From: an uncultured Bacteroidales bacterium | GTDB lineage: Bacteria > Bacteroidota > Bacteroidia > Bacteroidales > Paludibacteraceae | Assembly: GCA_902784585.1 (NCBI GenBank) | Contig: CACZVM010000011.1 | Span: 5,824-69,823 of the forward strand | Length of the DNA stretch: 64,000 nucleotides | Reading direction: 5' to 3' | Shown here: one piece after another, positions 8,721 to 17,651 of the stretch | Numbering within the stretch: position 1 is the stretch's first letter | How the letters are laid out: every line of letters begins with the position of its first letter | The notes under the pieces: model-generated | Told to the model about the DNA's origin: nothing | Seen by the model: the letters and a program-made list of their open reading frames with translations, nothing else | The model's database searches: none | Translations under genes and position numbers: made by a program

Positions 8721-10634
8721 GTGCTGTTAGCGGCGGCCGTCACGGCTGCCGCTAAACGGCCGCATGTACGCACGGAGGTGCGCACATGGCGCATGCCCGA
8801 TCTAAGTGCCATAGCCGACACGATTGCCTTCACCGATACGGCGATGCTCAACTACCACGACATAGATATTCAGCAACGCTATTCGCTAAGTAGCACCACC
8901 AACGGAAACGTGCTGGTGTCGCCGATAGAGAGCCGAATCATCAACGACCGTGTACATACCATAGACGATCCCTTTGCCTGGAGTCTGGCACCGTATGTGG
9001 TAACGCCGCAGCAACAACGCTTCTTCAATACCCGAACGCCCTACTCATCGATTGCTTACAAGAGAGGGTTTGTAGCCGGCCAAGAGGAAAACGACCTGAG
9101 TTTTCTGTTTACCGGCAACCTGAACCGCAGAACCAATCTTGGCTTGGAACTGGACTACCTGAGTTCGCTGGGACATTATCAACACACCTCCGGCAAACTG
9201 TTTCGCGGATCGGTATGGGGCAGCTACGACGGCACCCACTACTCGATGCACGGTGCATTCAGCTGGAGCAAACTCAGTTCGTTCGACAACGGAGGTCTGC
9301 GTGACATCAACGACCTGAAAAGCAATCTGAATACGATCAATATACCGGTACGGATGCAAGCCATGACAGGTTATCGCTACCTAAGCGGCTACCTCCACAA
9401 CCAATACACACTGACTAAAAGCCGCGAGTACCACGACACCATTACCGTGGTGGAGAATGGCCAGCAGTTGCAGAAAGATACCATCAAGACGGCCTATACA
9501 CCGCTGATGACATTCTCGCACATATTGGATATCAACAACTCGAATCGCCGCTATATAGAGCATGAGGCAAACCAGGGTTTTTACGACCATACCTATTTTG
9601 ACAGCATCGCTACACGTGACTCAACCGATGTACTGAATATCCGCAACACGATAGCGGTCAGTTTTTGCGAGGCATACAACGCCAAGTTGAAGTTCGGAGC
9701 CACCGTCTTCGCCATGAACGAATGTCAGCGTGTGCTGATGGATACGATGCCTTATGACAGCACTGATGTGTACCGATGGTACAACAACACCTACGTCGGC
9801 GGTGCCATCCACAAGCACAGCGGCAACTGGATTCGTTATCACGTAGAGGGCAAAGTATGTCTGGTGGGATATAAGATAGGTGAGTTTGACGCCACCGGAC
9901 GCATTGAGACGACGATCCCAGCCGGCAAGGACAAGCTATATATCTCGGCACGTGCATACGCCAAAAGTGAGACTCCCAATCCCTATTTGCAGCACTACCG
10001 CTCCAACCATCTATGCTGGGACAACACTTTTGGTTTTACCTATCGCTTCCTAGGCGGCGCAACGGTAGCCTATCCCACCCGTTGGGTAAAACCCCGTTTG
10101 GACTTCAGCTTTGAGAACATCACTCACCCTATTTTTTGCTCGGCGAGCGATTGGCAACCACGTCAATTCAGCGGTAGCGTGCAAGTCATCACCGCTGACC
10201 TGGGACTGGACCTGACCACACCGTGGATCAATCTGGAGAACCGCGCCGTCTTCCAGCATACGACGAACGACTCGGTAATGCCCGTCCCGATGCTGATCCT
10301 ACAGCACCGACTCTATTACCACGGCACGTGGTTCCGCGCATTAGACGCACAAATAGGTGTCGACCTGCGCTATTTCACCTACTATCACGCACCAGTGCTT
10401 TGTCCTGCCACAGGTATGTTCGCCAACCAGCAGGACACACAAATAGGAAACTATCCGTGGATGAATGTGTACGCCAGTTTCTACGTACGTTCTATTCGTC
10501 TGCGGTTCTTCTTCCACTATCAGCACCTAAGCTATTTGTTTATGGGCAAGACCGGCAACTACCTGACTATGCCGGGTTATCCTACCAACCGCGATGTATT
10601 CCGCGCCGGAGTAGCATGGCACTTTTACAACTAA
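8721..10634 (+). CDS. Putative outer-membrane porin-like beta-barrel protein
   Basis: A 637-aa, aromatic-rich ORF with alternating beta-strand patterning and a C-terminus ...FRAGVAWHFYN. The N-terminus is uncertain: a hydrophobic LGIVLVLLAAAVTAAA stretch spans the GTG start. Confidence 0.45.
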   Translation: MLLAAAVTAAAKRPHVRTEVRTWRMPDLSAIADTIAFTDTAMLNYHDIDIQQRYSLSSTTNGNVLVSPIESRIINDRVHTIDDPFAWSLAPYVVTPQQQRFFNTRTPYSSIAYKRGFVAGQEENDLSFLFTGNLNRRTNLGLELDYLSSLGHYQHTSGKLFRGSVWGSYDGTHYSMHGAFSWSKLSSFDNGGLRDINDLKSNLNTINIPVRMQAMTGYRYLSGYLHNQYTLTKSREYHDTITVVENGQQLQKDTIKTAYTPLMTFSHILDINNSNRRYIEHEANQGFYDHTYFDSIATRDSTDVLNIRNTIAVSFCEAYNAKLKFGATVFAMNECQRVLMDTMPYDSTDVYRWYNNTYVGGAIHKHSGNWIRYHVEGKVCLVGYKIGEFDATGRIETTIPAGKDKLYISARAYAKSETPNPYLQHYRSNHLCWDNTFGFTYRFLGGATVAYPTRWVKPRLDFSFENITHPIFCSASDWQPRQFSGSVQVITADLGLDLTTPWINLENRAVFQHTTNDSVMPVPMLILQHRLYYHGTWFRALDAQIGVDLRYFTYYHAPVLCPATGMFANQQDTQIGNYPWMNVYASFYVRSIRLRFFFHYQHLSYLFMGKTGNYLTMPGYPTNRDVFRAGVAWHFYN

Positions 10635-10655
10635 GACAAACCAATTTCACACGAT

Positions 10656-12941
10656 ATGTTATTGACACAAGGTCTAAACAAAATACTCTATTACGCGCAC
10701 GACGAGGCCGAACGACTGTCCTGCAAGACGATTGAGCCGGAGCATCTGCTACTGGCTATCATCCGTCTGGGTGAAGGCACAGCCTACGACCTGCTGCAAC
10801 GCACCTCCTTCCGTTCGGACGAGGCGAAGGAACAACTCGACAAAGACTTGCGTCATGAGCCTGAGTCGACGCTTGTTCCCATCACCCGCAGTGCACAAGT
10901 GGAGCGTATCTTACGCGTAGCCGAAGGCATCAGCCGCGAGTATCAGTCGGAACAGATCGGCACGGTACACCTGTTGCTGGCTATATTGCGTGATCAGATC
11001 AACAACGCAGCCGCATACCTGGAGAATGTATGGGGAGTGAGTTATCAGCAACTAGTGGAACTCTACGGCCAACCGCATCATGCATCCGAAGCACCACGCA
11101 ACGGCAACCATCAGATGGGTGACCTGAACGAAGGTTCGTGGAAAGCAGCACAGCCGCAGCCAGAGAACAAAAGCAAGAATACAACCAAGACCCTCGACAA
11201 ATACGGTCGCGACCTGACACGTATGGCAGAGGAGGGCAAACTCGATCCTATCGTAGGACGAGAAGTGGAGATAGAACGCGTCGTACAGATACTCAGTCGC
11301 CGCAAGAAGAACAACCCTATTCTGATAGGAGAACCGGGTGTAGGCAAATCGGCCATCGTAGAGGGCTTGGCACGGCGTATTGTCTCCGGCGAAGCCGGTG
11401 CGCTACAGGGTAAACGTATCGTGACTCTGGATATAGCTGCAATGGTAGCCGGTACCACGTACCGCGGACAGTTTGAAGAACGCATGAAGAATGTCATCAC
11501 GGAACTACAACAACATCCTGAGGTCATCCTCTTCATCGACGAGATACACACCCTCATTGGTGCCGGCAATGCATCCGGTTCGCTTGATGCAGCCAATATC
11601 CTCAAGCCGGCCTTGGCGAGAGGCGAAGTACAATGCGTAGGTGCAACGACGACGGCGGAGTACGCCAAGTCGATTGAGAAAGACGGTGCGCTGGAGCGTC
11701 GTTTCCAGAAAGTGCCGGTGCGCCCCACTACGGGAGAAGAGACCGTTGATATTCTAACCCGTCTAAGCGAGCACTACGGTAAATACCATCACGTCGTTTA
11801 CACGGCAGAGGTGCTCCGGGCATGCGTGTCGCTAAGCGAACGTTACCTGACAGACCGTGCTTTCCCGGACAAAGCCATCGACGTGATGGATGAAGTGGGT
11901 GCACGAAGTCACACCCGTCAGCAGGCTATCGGTGAAGACGAACAAGCAGCCTATGTAGTCACCACTGACGATGTAGCCAGTGTAGTCAGCATGATGTCGA
12001 ACGTACCGGTACAACGTGTAGCCAAAGCCGAGAACGAACAACTACGTACGATGAACGAATCGCTGCGTCGCCGCATCATCGGTCAGGACAAAGCCGTCGA
12101 GACAGTCGTGCGGGCCATCCAGCGCAGCCGTCTGGGTCTGCGCGATCCCAAACGTCCGATAGGCACCTTCTTCTTCCTTGGTCCGACGGGCGTAGGAAAG
12201 ACCTATCTGGCGCAATGTCTGGCCGAGGAGCTCTTCGGTAGCAAGGATGCCATCATCCGCTTTGACATGAGCGAGTATATGGAGAAGCACACAGTGAGTC
12301 TGCTGGTAGGAGCCCCTCCGGGATATGTAGCCCATGAGGATGGAGGCAAACTGACAGAGGCGGTGCGTCGCAAACCCTACTCCATCGTGCTCTTTGACGA
12401 GATAGAGAAAGCGCACTCCGACATCTTCAACATCCTCCTGCAGGTGCTGGACGAAGGCCGACTGACAGACCGTCAAGGTCATGTAGTGGACTTCCGCAAC
12501 ACGGTGATTGTCCTCACCAGTAATGTGGGAACGCGCCAACTCCAAGAGAACGGCGGAGGCATCGGTTTCGGCATGGGCGAACCAGACCGACATATGGCTC
12601 ATCATCTACTGCTGAAAGCGCTGCAGAAGCAGTTCCCACCAGAGTTTTTGAACCGTATTGACAACATCATCACCTTTGACCCGCTCAACCGTGAGACCAT
12701 CGCGCGCATCTTGCGCGTTGAGATTGCACTGCTACAGCAACGAATGAAGACGCAGGGCCATGCTCTGGTTGTCAGCAACGAAGCGATGGATCAACTGGTA
12801 GAGAAGAGTTATGACCATAAGAACGGTGCACGTCCCGTTAAACGCGCTGTGCAGACCTATCTGGAAGACCCGCTGACAGATATACTGCTCAGACGCCCTG
12901 ATCAGAAACGTATAACAATCAAACATATCAAACAATCATGA
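10656..12941 (+). CDS. Clp/Hsp100 AAA+ chaperone (ClpC-like ATP-binding subunit)
   Basis: It has Clp_N repeats (EPEHLLLAIIRLGEG, GTVHLLLAILRD) and two Walker A motifs (GEPGVGKSA, GPTGVGKT). The sensor/ClpB_D2-small region is also present. Confidence 0.85.
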   Translation: MLLTQGLNKILYYAHDEAERLSCKTIEPEHLLLAIIRLGEGTAYDLLQRTSFRSDEAKEQLDKDLRHEPESTLVPITRSAQVERILRVAEGISREYQSEQIGTVHLLLAILRDQINNAAAYLENVWGVSYQQLVELYGQPHHASEAPRNGNHQMGDLNEGSWKAAQPQPENKSKNTTKTLDKYGRDLTRMAEEGKLDPIVGREVEIERVVQILSRRKKNNPILIGEPGVGKSAIVEGLARRIVSGEAGALQGKRIVTLDIAAMVAGTTYRGQFEERMKNVITELQQHPEVILFIDEIHTLIGAGNASGSLDAANILKPALARGEVQCVGATTTAEYAKSIEKDGALERRFQKVPVRPTTGEETVDILTRLSEHYGKYHHVVYTAEVLRACVSLSERYLTDRAFPDKAIDVMDEVGARSHTRQQAIGEDEQAAYVVTTDDVASVVSMMSNVPVQRVAKAENEQLRTMNESLRRRIIGQDKAVETVVRAIQRSRLGLRDPKRPIGTFFFLGPTGVGKTYLAQCLAEELFGSKDAIIRFDMSEYMEKHTVSLLVGAPPGYVAHEDGGKLTEAVRRKPYSIVLFDEIEKAHSDIFNILLQVLDEGRLTDRQGHVVDFRNTVIVLTSNVGTRQLQENGGGIGFGMGEPDRHMAHHLLLKALQKQFPPEFLNRIDNIITFDPLNRETIARILRVEIALLQQRMKTQGHALVVSNEAMDQLVEKSYDHKNGARPVKRAVQTYLEDPLTDILLRRPDQKRITIKHIKQS

Positions 12942-13252
12942 CAATGGAAATTACAGACGCTAACATCAAGGATGTGATTGCGTCAGGCAAACCGGTAGTA
13001 GTAGATTTTTGGGCAGCATGGTGCGGCCCGTGCAAAATGATGCTGCCTATCCTGGAGGAACTAAGCAATGAGTACGACGGCCGCATTGTGGTAGGCAAAC
13101 TCAATGTAGATGAGAACGCAGACACCTGCGAAGAATACGGCATTATGAATATCCCTACGATGCTCTTCTTCCAGAATGGCGAACTCGTCAATCGTCACGT
13201 AGGTGCTTGCCGCAAACAGGACTTGGCACAACTTTTTGATGCTCTTTTGTAA
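12938..13252 (+). CDS. trxA: Thioredoxin
   Basis: WCGPC active site (FWAAWCGPCKMM) in a 104-aa ORF. It overlaps the clpC-like stop by 4 nt. Confidence 0.9.
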   Translation: MTMEITDANIKDVIASGKPVVVDFWAAWCGPCKMMLPILEELSNEYDGRIVVGKLNVDENADTCEEYGIMNIPTMLFFQNGELVNRHVGACRKQDLAQLFDALL

Positions 13253-13269
13253 AAAAAAAGCGAAAAGGC

Positions 13270-13300
13270 TTGCACAATTAAAAAAAAAGCAGTACCTTTG
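13270..13300 (+). promoter_or_regulatory. Promoter upstream of tRNA-Arg (and possibly rpoD)
   Basis: TTG is at 13270-13272 and A8-GCAG-TACCTTTG ends at 13300. Confidence 0.6.
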
Positions 13301-13428
13301 CGCCCTATTTTGCCTGAGTAGGCTTGGTTTGGTGTGTGCATATCGAATCAAAAGCCCTCTTAGGTATTGGTAAAGGGTAATCCCCTTCCGGCGGAGGCCG
13401 GTTTCCCCGATTAACGGGGACACCTCCG

Positions 13429-13502
13429 GGTTCGGTAGCTCAGTTGGATAGAGCAACAGCCTTCTAAGCTGTGGGTCGCGGGTTCGAATCCCGCCCGAAT
13501 CA
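13429..13502 (+). tRNA. tRNA-Arg (anticodon TCT)
   Basis: Hand-folded cloverleaf. The acceptor is GGTTCGG/CCGAATC (one G-T pair). The D-arm is TAGCTCAGTTGGATAGAGC and the anticodon loop is CTTCTAA. The T-arm is GCGGG-TTCGAAT-CCCGC, the discriminator is A, and CCA is not encoded. Confidence 0.9.
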
Positions 13503-13522
13503 CAGATTAAACAAACAACATA

Positions 13523-14383
13523 ATGCGTCAACTAAAAATCACACACTCGATCACCAATCGTGAGTCTGCATCGCTTGACAAGTATCTGCAGGAGATTGGT
13601 AGAGAGGAACTTATTTCGGTAGAAGAAGAGGTAGAACTGGCCGGACGAATTCGCAACGGCGACCGTGCTGCCTTGGAAAAACTGACCAAGAGCAACCTGC
13701 GTTTCGTAGTGTCGGTGGCCAAGCAGTACCAGAACCAAGGTCTCAGTCTGCCCGACCTGATCAACGAGGGAAACCTGGGACTGATCAAGGCAGCTGAGAA
13801 ATTTGATGAGACCCGCGGTTTCAAGTTTATCTCGTATGCCGTATGGTGGATTCGTCAATCTATTCTGCAAGCGTTGGCTGAGCAGAGCCGTATTGTTCGT
13901 CTTCCGCTCAACCAGGTAGGTTCGCTCAACAAGATCAACAAGGCATACCAGCGTTTTGAGCAAGAGCACGAGCGCAAACCTTCTGCAGAAGAGTTAGCCG
14001 ACATACTGGATATGCCGGTGGATAAGATTGCCGATACGCTGAAGATGTCGGGCCGACATGTCAGTGTGGATGCGCCGTTTGTGGAAGGAGAAGACAACAG
14101 CCTGATAGATGTGATGGTCAATGAAGACTCGCCTAATGCCGACCGCGGCCTTATCAACGAGTCGCTCAGCACAGAGATAGACCGCGCACTGGCCACCCTG
14201 ACGCCGCGTGAGGCAGATATACTGCGTAAGTTTTTCGGCATCCGTACGCCGGAGAAGACACTGGAAGAGATAGGTGACGAACTGCACCTGACGCGTGAGC
14301 GCGTACGCCAGATAAAGGAGAAAGCCATCCATAAACTGGAGAGCGGTCAACGCAGTCATATCCTGATGACCTATCTCGGTTAA
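13523..14383 (+). CDS. rpoD: Primary RNA polymerase sigma factor (short Bacteroidota sigma-A)
   Basis: Regions 2-4 are recognisable ([48 protein letters not shown]). The 286-aa length is typical of Bacteroidota RpoD. Confidence 0.9.
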   Translation: MRQLKITHSITNRESASLDKYLQEIGREELISVEEEVELAGRIRNGDRAALEKLTKSNLRFVVSVAKQYQNQGLSLPDLINEGNLGLIKAAEKFDETRGFKFISYAVWWIRQSILQALAEQSRIVRLPLNQVGSLNKINKAYQRFEQEHERKPSAEELADILDMPVDKIADTLKMSGRHVSVDAPFVEGEDNSLIDVMVNEDSPNADRGLINESLSTEIDRALATLTPREADILRKFFGIRTPEKTLEEIGDELHLTRERVRQIKEKAIHKLESGQRSHILMTYLG

Positions 14384-14419
14384 TAAAGGATAGAGAAATA
14401 AAGAGATAAAGAAAAACGA

Positions 14420-14605
14420 TCAGTCGAACAGAGTCGGCTGGTCGTTTTCTATTTTCTTAAGGATGGCACGCATCAGCGTTTCGCGAATCAAACGACTGCG
14501 GTTGGCAACCATATAACGGTCACAGAACCGATCCAATGCCCGCTGTTCCCGGTCATTGAGCAGGATAGAGATTCTATGTGCGCGTGGCTGCTTGTTGGTG
14601 GCCAT
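14420..14605 (-). CDS. Small hypothetical protein, possible ribbon-helix-helix fold
   Basis: A 61-aa product, MATNKQPRAHRISILLNDREQRALDRFCDRY..., with a beta-strand then two-helix pattern. Its start overlaps the upstream stop (TGATG). Confidence 0.35.
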   Translation of the reverse strand: MATNKQPRAHRISILLNDREQRALDRFCDRYMVANRSRLIRETLMRAILKKIENDQPTLFD

Positions 14606-15339
14606 CAGAAATAGAGAGCACATTTGACGCCAGGCATCACCAGGTTGCGTCCGGAATAGTTGGTAAACTCATTGTCGTCAAGCACCTCGGTCACAGATAC
14701 CTTAGCCTGCTGGAACTGTACATTGAAGGTGACAGCGACAGCCGTCTTGGGATTAATCTGATAGCGATAACCGAAATCCAGTCCAGCATATAGGCCGCCC
14801 AGATAACTACTACTCAACGCTATACCGTAACCGAGCGACACGCCCACTACCGGAGCATGCTTTTGCTCCAGCACCGGAAGGCGCAAGGCCACCTGAACAG
14901 GCAGGAAATTAAATTTATCGTTCAAGAACAAGCCGTGATATCCCAATCCACCACCGATGAAGATATGACGGTCACCTATATGATGCGAACCCACCAACAG
15001 GTCGACACTAAAGGCGCCTCCCGTCTGATCTCCAGGGATGACCGCACCGCCGCCACCTAACTCCAGGAGGATGGATGCCTTCTTGGGCGTACTGATCTGC
15101 TCCACCTGCTGCTCTTGTTTCTCTTCCTCCTTTGGCTTTGCATCCGCAATGATCTCACGCACGTCAGTACGGGGGTACTGAAAACGTGCCCCATCGGCAT
15201 CTCGCAAGATGACTACTTCCTCGTTCTGGAAGATGATCGTTCCTTGCACACGTGCGCCCGTATGCAGTACTATAGTTTCTGCGCGCGCACTTAGAACAAC
15301 GAGTGCGACAACAAGCAACAGGTAGATACGTTTTTTCAT
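14605..15339 (-). CDS. Hypothetical outer-membrane beta-barrel protein
   Basis: Signal peptide MKKRIYLLLVVALVVLSARA, a Gly/aromatic-rich alternating C-terminal half, and a terminal ...KCALYF. The start is set at 15339 because the promoter -7 box (15348-15355) lies within the longer track ORF. Confidence 0.5.
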   Translation of the reverse strand: MKKRIYLLLVVALVVLSARAETIVLHTGARVQGTIIFQNEEVVILRDADGARFQYPRTDVREIIADAKPKEEEKQEQQVEQISTPKKASILLELGGGGAVIPGDQTGGAFSVDLLVGSHHIGDRHIFIGGGLGYHGLFLNDKFNFLPVQVALRLPVLEQKHAPVVGVSLGYGIALSSSYLGGLYAGLDFGYRYQINPKTAVAVTFNVQFQQAKVSVTEVLDDNEFTNYSGRNLVMPGVKCALYF

Positions 15340-15347
15340 AACTGCCG

Positions 15348-15378
15348 CAAAGGTACTGCTTTTTTTTGATATATGCAA
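15348..15378 (-). promoter_or_regulatory. Promoter for the 14605..15339 gene
   Basis: On the minus strand TTG is at 15376-15378 and A8-GCAG-TACCTTTG at 15348-15355. Confidence 0.6.
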
Positions 15379-15379
15379 A

Positions 15380-16735
15380 TTATATGAGCAAAAAATCTAT
15401 TTGGCTGCGAATAACATCCACACGTACCACCTGTACACGGACATTATCGCCAAGCAGATAACGCTGCTGCCAACCGTCAGGAAGCGTAGAGACATGTATC
15501 AATCCTTCGCAACGACTGTCGTCCAATTGGACAAAGAGCCCGAACTCGGTCACACCACTGATATGACCGGAGAACTGTTCGCCCAAATGCGCCTCCATCC
15601 ACATCGTTTGGTATTGCTTAACGCTCTCGCGTTCAGCCTGTTGTGCCTCTTGCTCGCAACCGGAGCAATGCTCGCACATCAGCTCCAACTCTTCGCGATT
15701 GAGCGACTCTTTTTTGCCCGTCAGTAGATATTTGTCCACCAGTCGATGAACCATCAGGTCGGGATAGCGACGGATAGGCGAGGTGAAGTGAGTATAATGA
15801 GTGAAAGCAAGGCCGTAGTGACCGATGTTGTAAGTAGAATAGACCGCCTTGGCCTGAGCACGAATGAGCATCATATCCAGCACTTGCTGTGCCACACGAC
15901 TGCCACGCTTCTGCTTGAAGAGGCGGAACTCCTCCATCTTGTCCTGATCGGGGATGTCATGCACACGATAGACGAACGGACGACCGCTACCTACGGACTT
16001 AGCTATGGTACGGTTGGCCAAGAGCATGAATTCCTCAATCAAGTGGTGGGACTCGTTGGGCCTATCAAAATAGATCTCTTGCGGCTTGCCCTGTTCGTCC
16101 AAGCGGAAACGTATCTCGTCCTGCTCGATAGTGAGTGCGCCGTTGGCAATACGCTCCGCACGAAGCCGAGAGGCCAACGCACCCAAGGTTCGCAGCGCGT
16201 CCTCAACATTCAGTGCCTGCTCTGCTGCCACTCTCGATGAAGTCTCGTTTCGATTCTCTCTCGTTAGTGTCTCGTTAGTCTGATTTGCCTTCTCAGGCGC
16301 CATAAGAATCTCTTGCACCTCATCATAGTTGAGCCGTGCATCCGAGCGAATGACCGTCCGGCAAATCTTATGTTTGAGCACACGCGCTTCGTCGTCCATA
16401 GTGAAGATCACCGACATACAGAGCTTGTCTTCTCCTGGCCGCAACGAGCACAGGTCATTGCACAACTCCTCAGGAAGCATAGGCAATACGCGATCCACGA
16501 GATAAACACTGGTACCACGCCGATAAGCCTCCTCGTCGACAGAAGTCCCGGGACGCACAAAGAAACTCACATCGGCAATATGCACACCTATCTGCATGGT
16601 GCCATCGTCATTGCGCACAAAAGAGAGGGCATCGTCGAAGTCTTTGGCATCCGCCGGATCGACAGTGAATGTCAACACATCGCGCATATCGCGCCGACGG
16701 ATGATTTCGGATTGTATGATCTGCTCGTTTTTCAT
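15380..16735 (-). CDS. RNase II/R-family 3'-5' exoribonuclease (RNB + S1 only)
   Basis: The RNB motifs start almost at the N-terminus (RDMRDVLTFTVDPADAKDFDDALSF). A C-terminal S1-like domain is present (FSGHISGVTEFGLFVQL). No cold-shock/OB N-terminal domains are encoded. Confidence 0.8.
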   Translation of the reverse strand: MKNEQIIQSEIIRRRDMRDVLTFTVDPADAKDFDDALSFVRNDDGTMQIGVHIADVSFFVRPGTSVDEEAYRRGTSVYLVDRVLPMLPEELCNDLCSLRPGEDKLCMSVIFTMDDEARVLKHKICRTVIRSDARLNYDEVQEILMAPEKANQTNETLTRENRNETSSRVAAEQALNVEDALRTLGALASRLRAERIANGALTIEQDEIRFRLDEQGKPQEIYFDRPNESHHLIEEFMLLANRTIAKSVGSGRPFVYRVHDIPDQDKMEEFRLFKQKRGSRVAQQVLDMMLIRAQAKAVYSTYNIGHYGLAFTHYTHFTSPIRRYPDLMVHRLVDKYLLTGKKESLNREELELMCEHCSGCEQEAQQAERESVKQYQTMWMEAHLGEQFSGHISGVTEFGLFVQLDDSRCEGLIHVSTLPDGWQQRYLLGDNVRVQVVRVDVIRSQIDFLLI

Positions 16736-16745
16736 TTTTACGCTG

Positions 16746-16776
16746 CAAATTTACTGCTTTTTTATGAATTTTGCAA
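16746..16776 (-). promoter_or_regulatory. Promoter for the RNase R-family gene
   Basis: On the minus strand TTG is at 16774-16776 and AAAAAAGCAG-TAAATTTG at 16746-16753. The ATG lies 11 nt downstream. Confidence 0.6.
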
Positions 16777-16804
16777 GTAAAAGCAGAAAAAAGTGCACAA
16801 ATAT

Positions 16805-16835
16805 TTGCGTATATGAAAAAAAAGCAGTAATTTTG
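16805..16835 (+). promoter_or_regulatory. Promoter for rplU-rpmA
   Basis: TTG is at 16805-16807 and A8-GCAG-TAATTTTG at 16828-16835. Confidence 0.6.
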
Positions 16836-16957
16836 CGCGATTTTTTGACGGAAAGGCCCGATAAGTATCGTCACGCAGCGTATGAATCTATATATGATAG
16901 CAGCGCACAGTAGCACGATCGCCGCACCGCCGTAACCCATTTAACAAACGTATTTCA

Positions 16958-17278
16958 ATGTACGCAATTGTAGAAATGAAGGGCCAGCAGTTCCGCGTAG
17001 AGGCTGGCAAGAAGTTGTTCATCAACCGCATGAACGAGCTCGAGAAGGGCGCCACGGTTGAGTTTGACAACGTACTGCTCATCGACAACGAGGGCAAAGT
17101 AAAAGTAGGTGCACCCTACGTTAAGGGCGCAAAAGTAGTTTGCGAAGTACTCGACAACGAGGCACGCGGTGAGAAGATCCGCGTCTTCCACAAGAAACGT
17201 CGTAAAGGCTATCGCAAGATGAACGGACACCGTCAGGACCTGACGAATGTCGTAGTAAAAGAGATTGTTATTGCTTAA
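16958..17278 (+). CDS. rplU: 50S ribosomal protein L21
   Basis: [24 protein letters not shown]..., 106 aa. Confidence 0.95.
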   Translation: MYAIVEMKGQQFRVEAGKKLFINRMNELEKGATVEFDNVLLIDNEGKVKVGAPYVKGAKVVCEVLDNEARGEKIRVFHKKRRKGYRKMNGHRQDLTNVVVKEIVIA

Positions 17279-17296
17279 AAGAAAGGACAACAGAGT

Positions 17297-17560
17297 ATGG
17301 CTCACAAGAAAGGTGTCGGTAGTTCAAAGAACGGCCGTGAATCAGAAAGCAAACGCCTGGGCGTGAAGATCTTTGGTGGTCAGTTCGCTAAGGCAGGTAA
17401 CATCATCGTACGTCAACGTGGTACGGTTCACAACCCGGGTGAAAACATGGGTATGGGTAGCGACCACACTTTGTTCGCTCTCTGCGACGGTATTGTAACC
17501 TTCCGCAAGAAACGCGACAATAAGTCGTACGTCTCCATCCAGCCGATGGCTGAAGCTTAA
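17297..17560 (+). CDS. rpmA: 50S ribosomal protein L27
   Basis: [24 protein letters not shown]..., 87 aa. Confidence 0.95.
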   Translation: MAHKKGVGSSKNGRESESKRLGVKIFGGQFAKAGNIIVRQRGTVHNPGENMGMGSDHTLFALCDGIVTFRKKRDNKSYVSIQPMAEA

Positions 17561-17570
17561 TCGGCGGAGA

Positions 17571-17629
17571 CAAAATCCCAATTCTCCTACCGACAGCTTC
17601 GGCTCGAGGTGGGAGATTTTGGTTTTTTT
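17571..17629 (+). terminator. Intrinsic terminator after rpmA
   Basis: A long hairpin pairs CAAAATC..CTCCTACC with GGTGGGAGATTTTG and is followed by GTTTTTTT. Confidence 0.6.
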
Positions 17630-17651
17630 AGCAACACACAAACAACATTAT

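Noticed and set aside
8721-8765. GC-rich imperfect hairpin (AGCGGCGGCCG...GGCTGCCGCT) as a terminator between the GH57 and porin-like genes
   Set aside because: It has no T-tract, and it lies within the likely signal-peptide coding region of the downstream gene.
13301-13428. tRNA-Arg leader as SRP RNA, 6S RNA or a second tRNA
   Set aside because: I could find no SRP domain IV motif and no cloverleaf. The TCCCC-GATTAAC-GGGGA hairpin lacks U33 and a purine at position 37. It is kept only as an unclassified structured leader.
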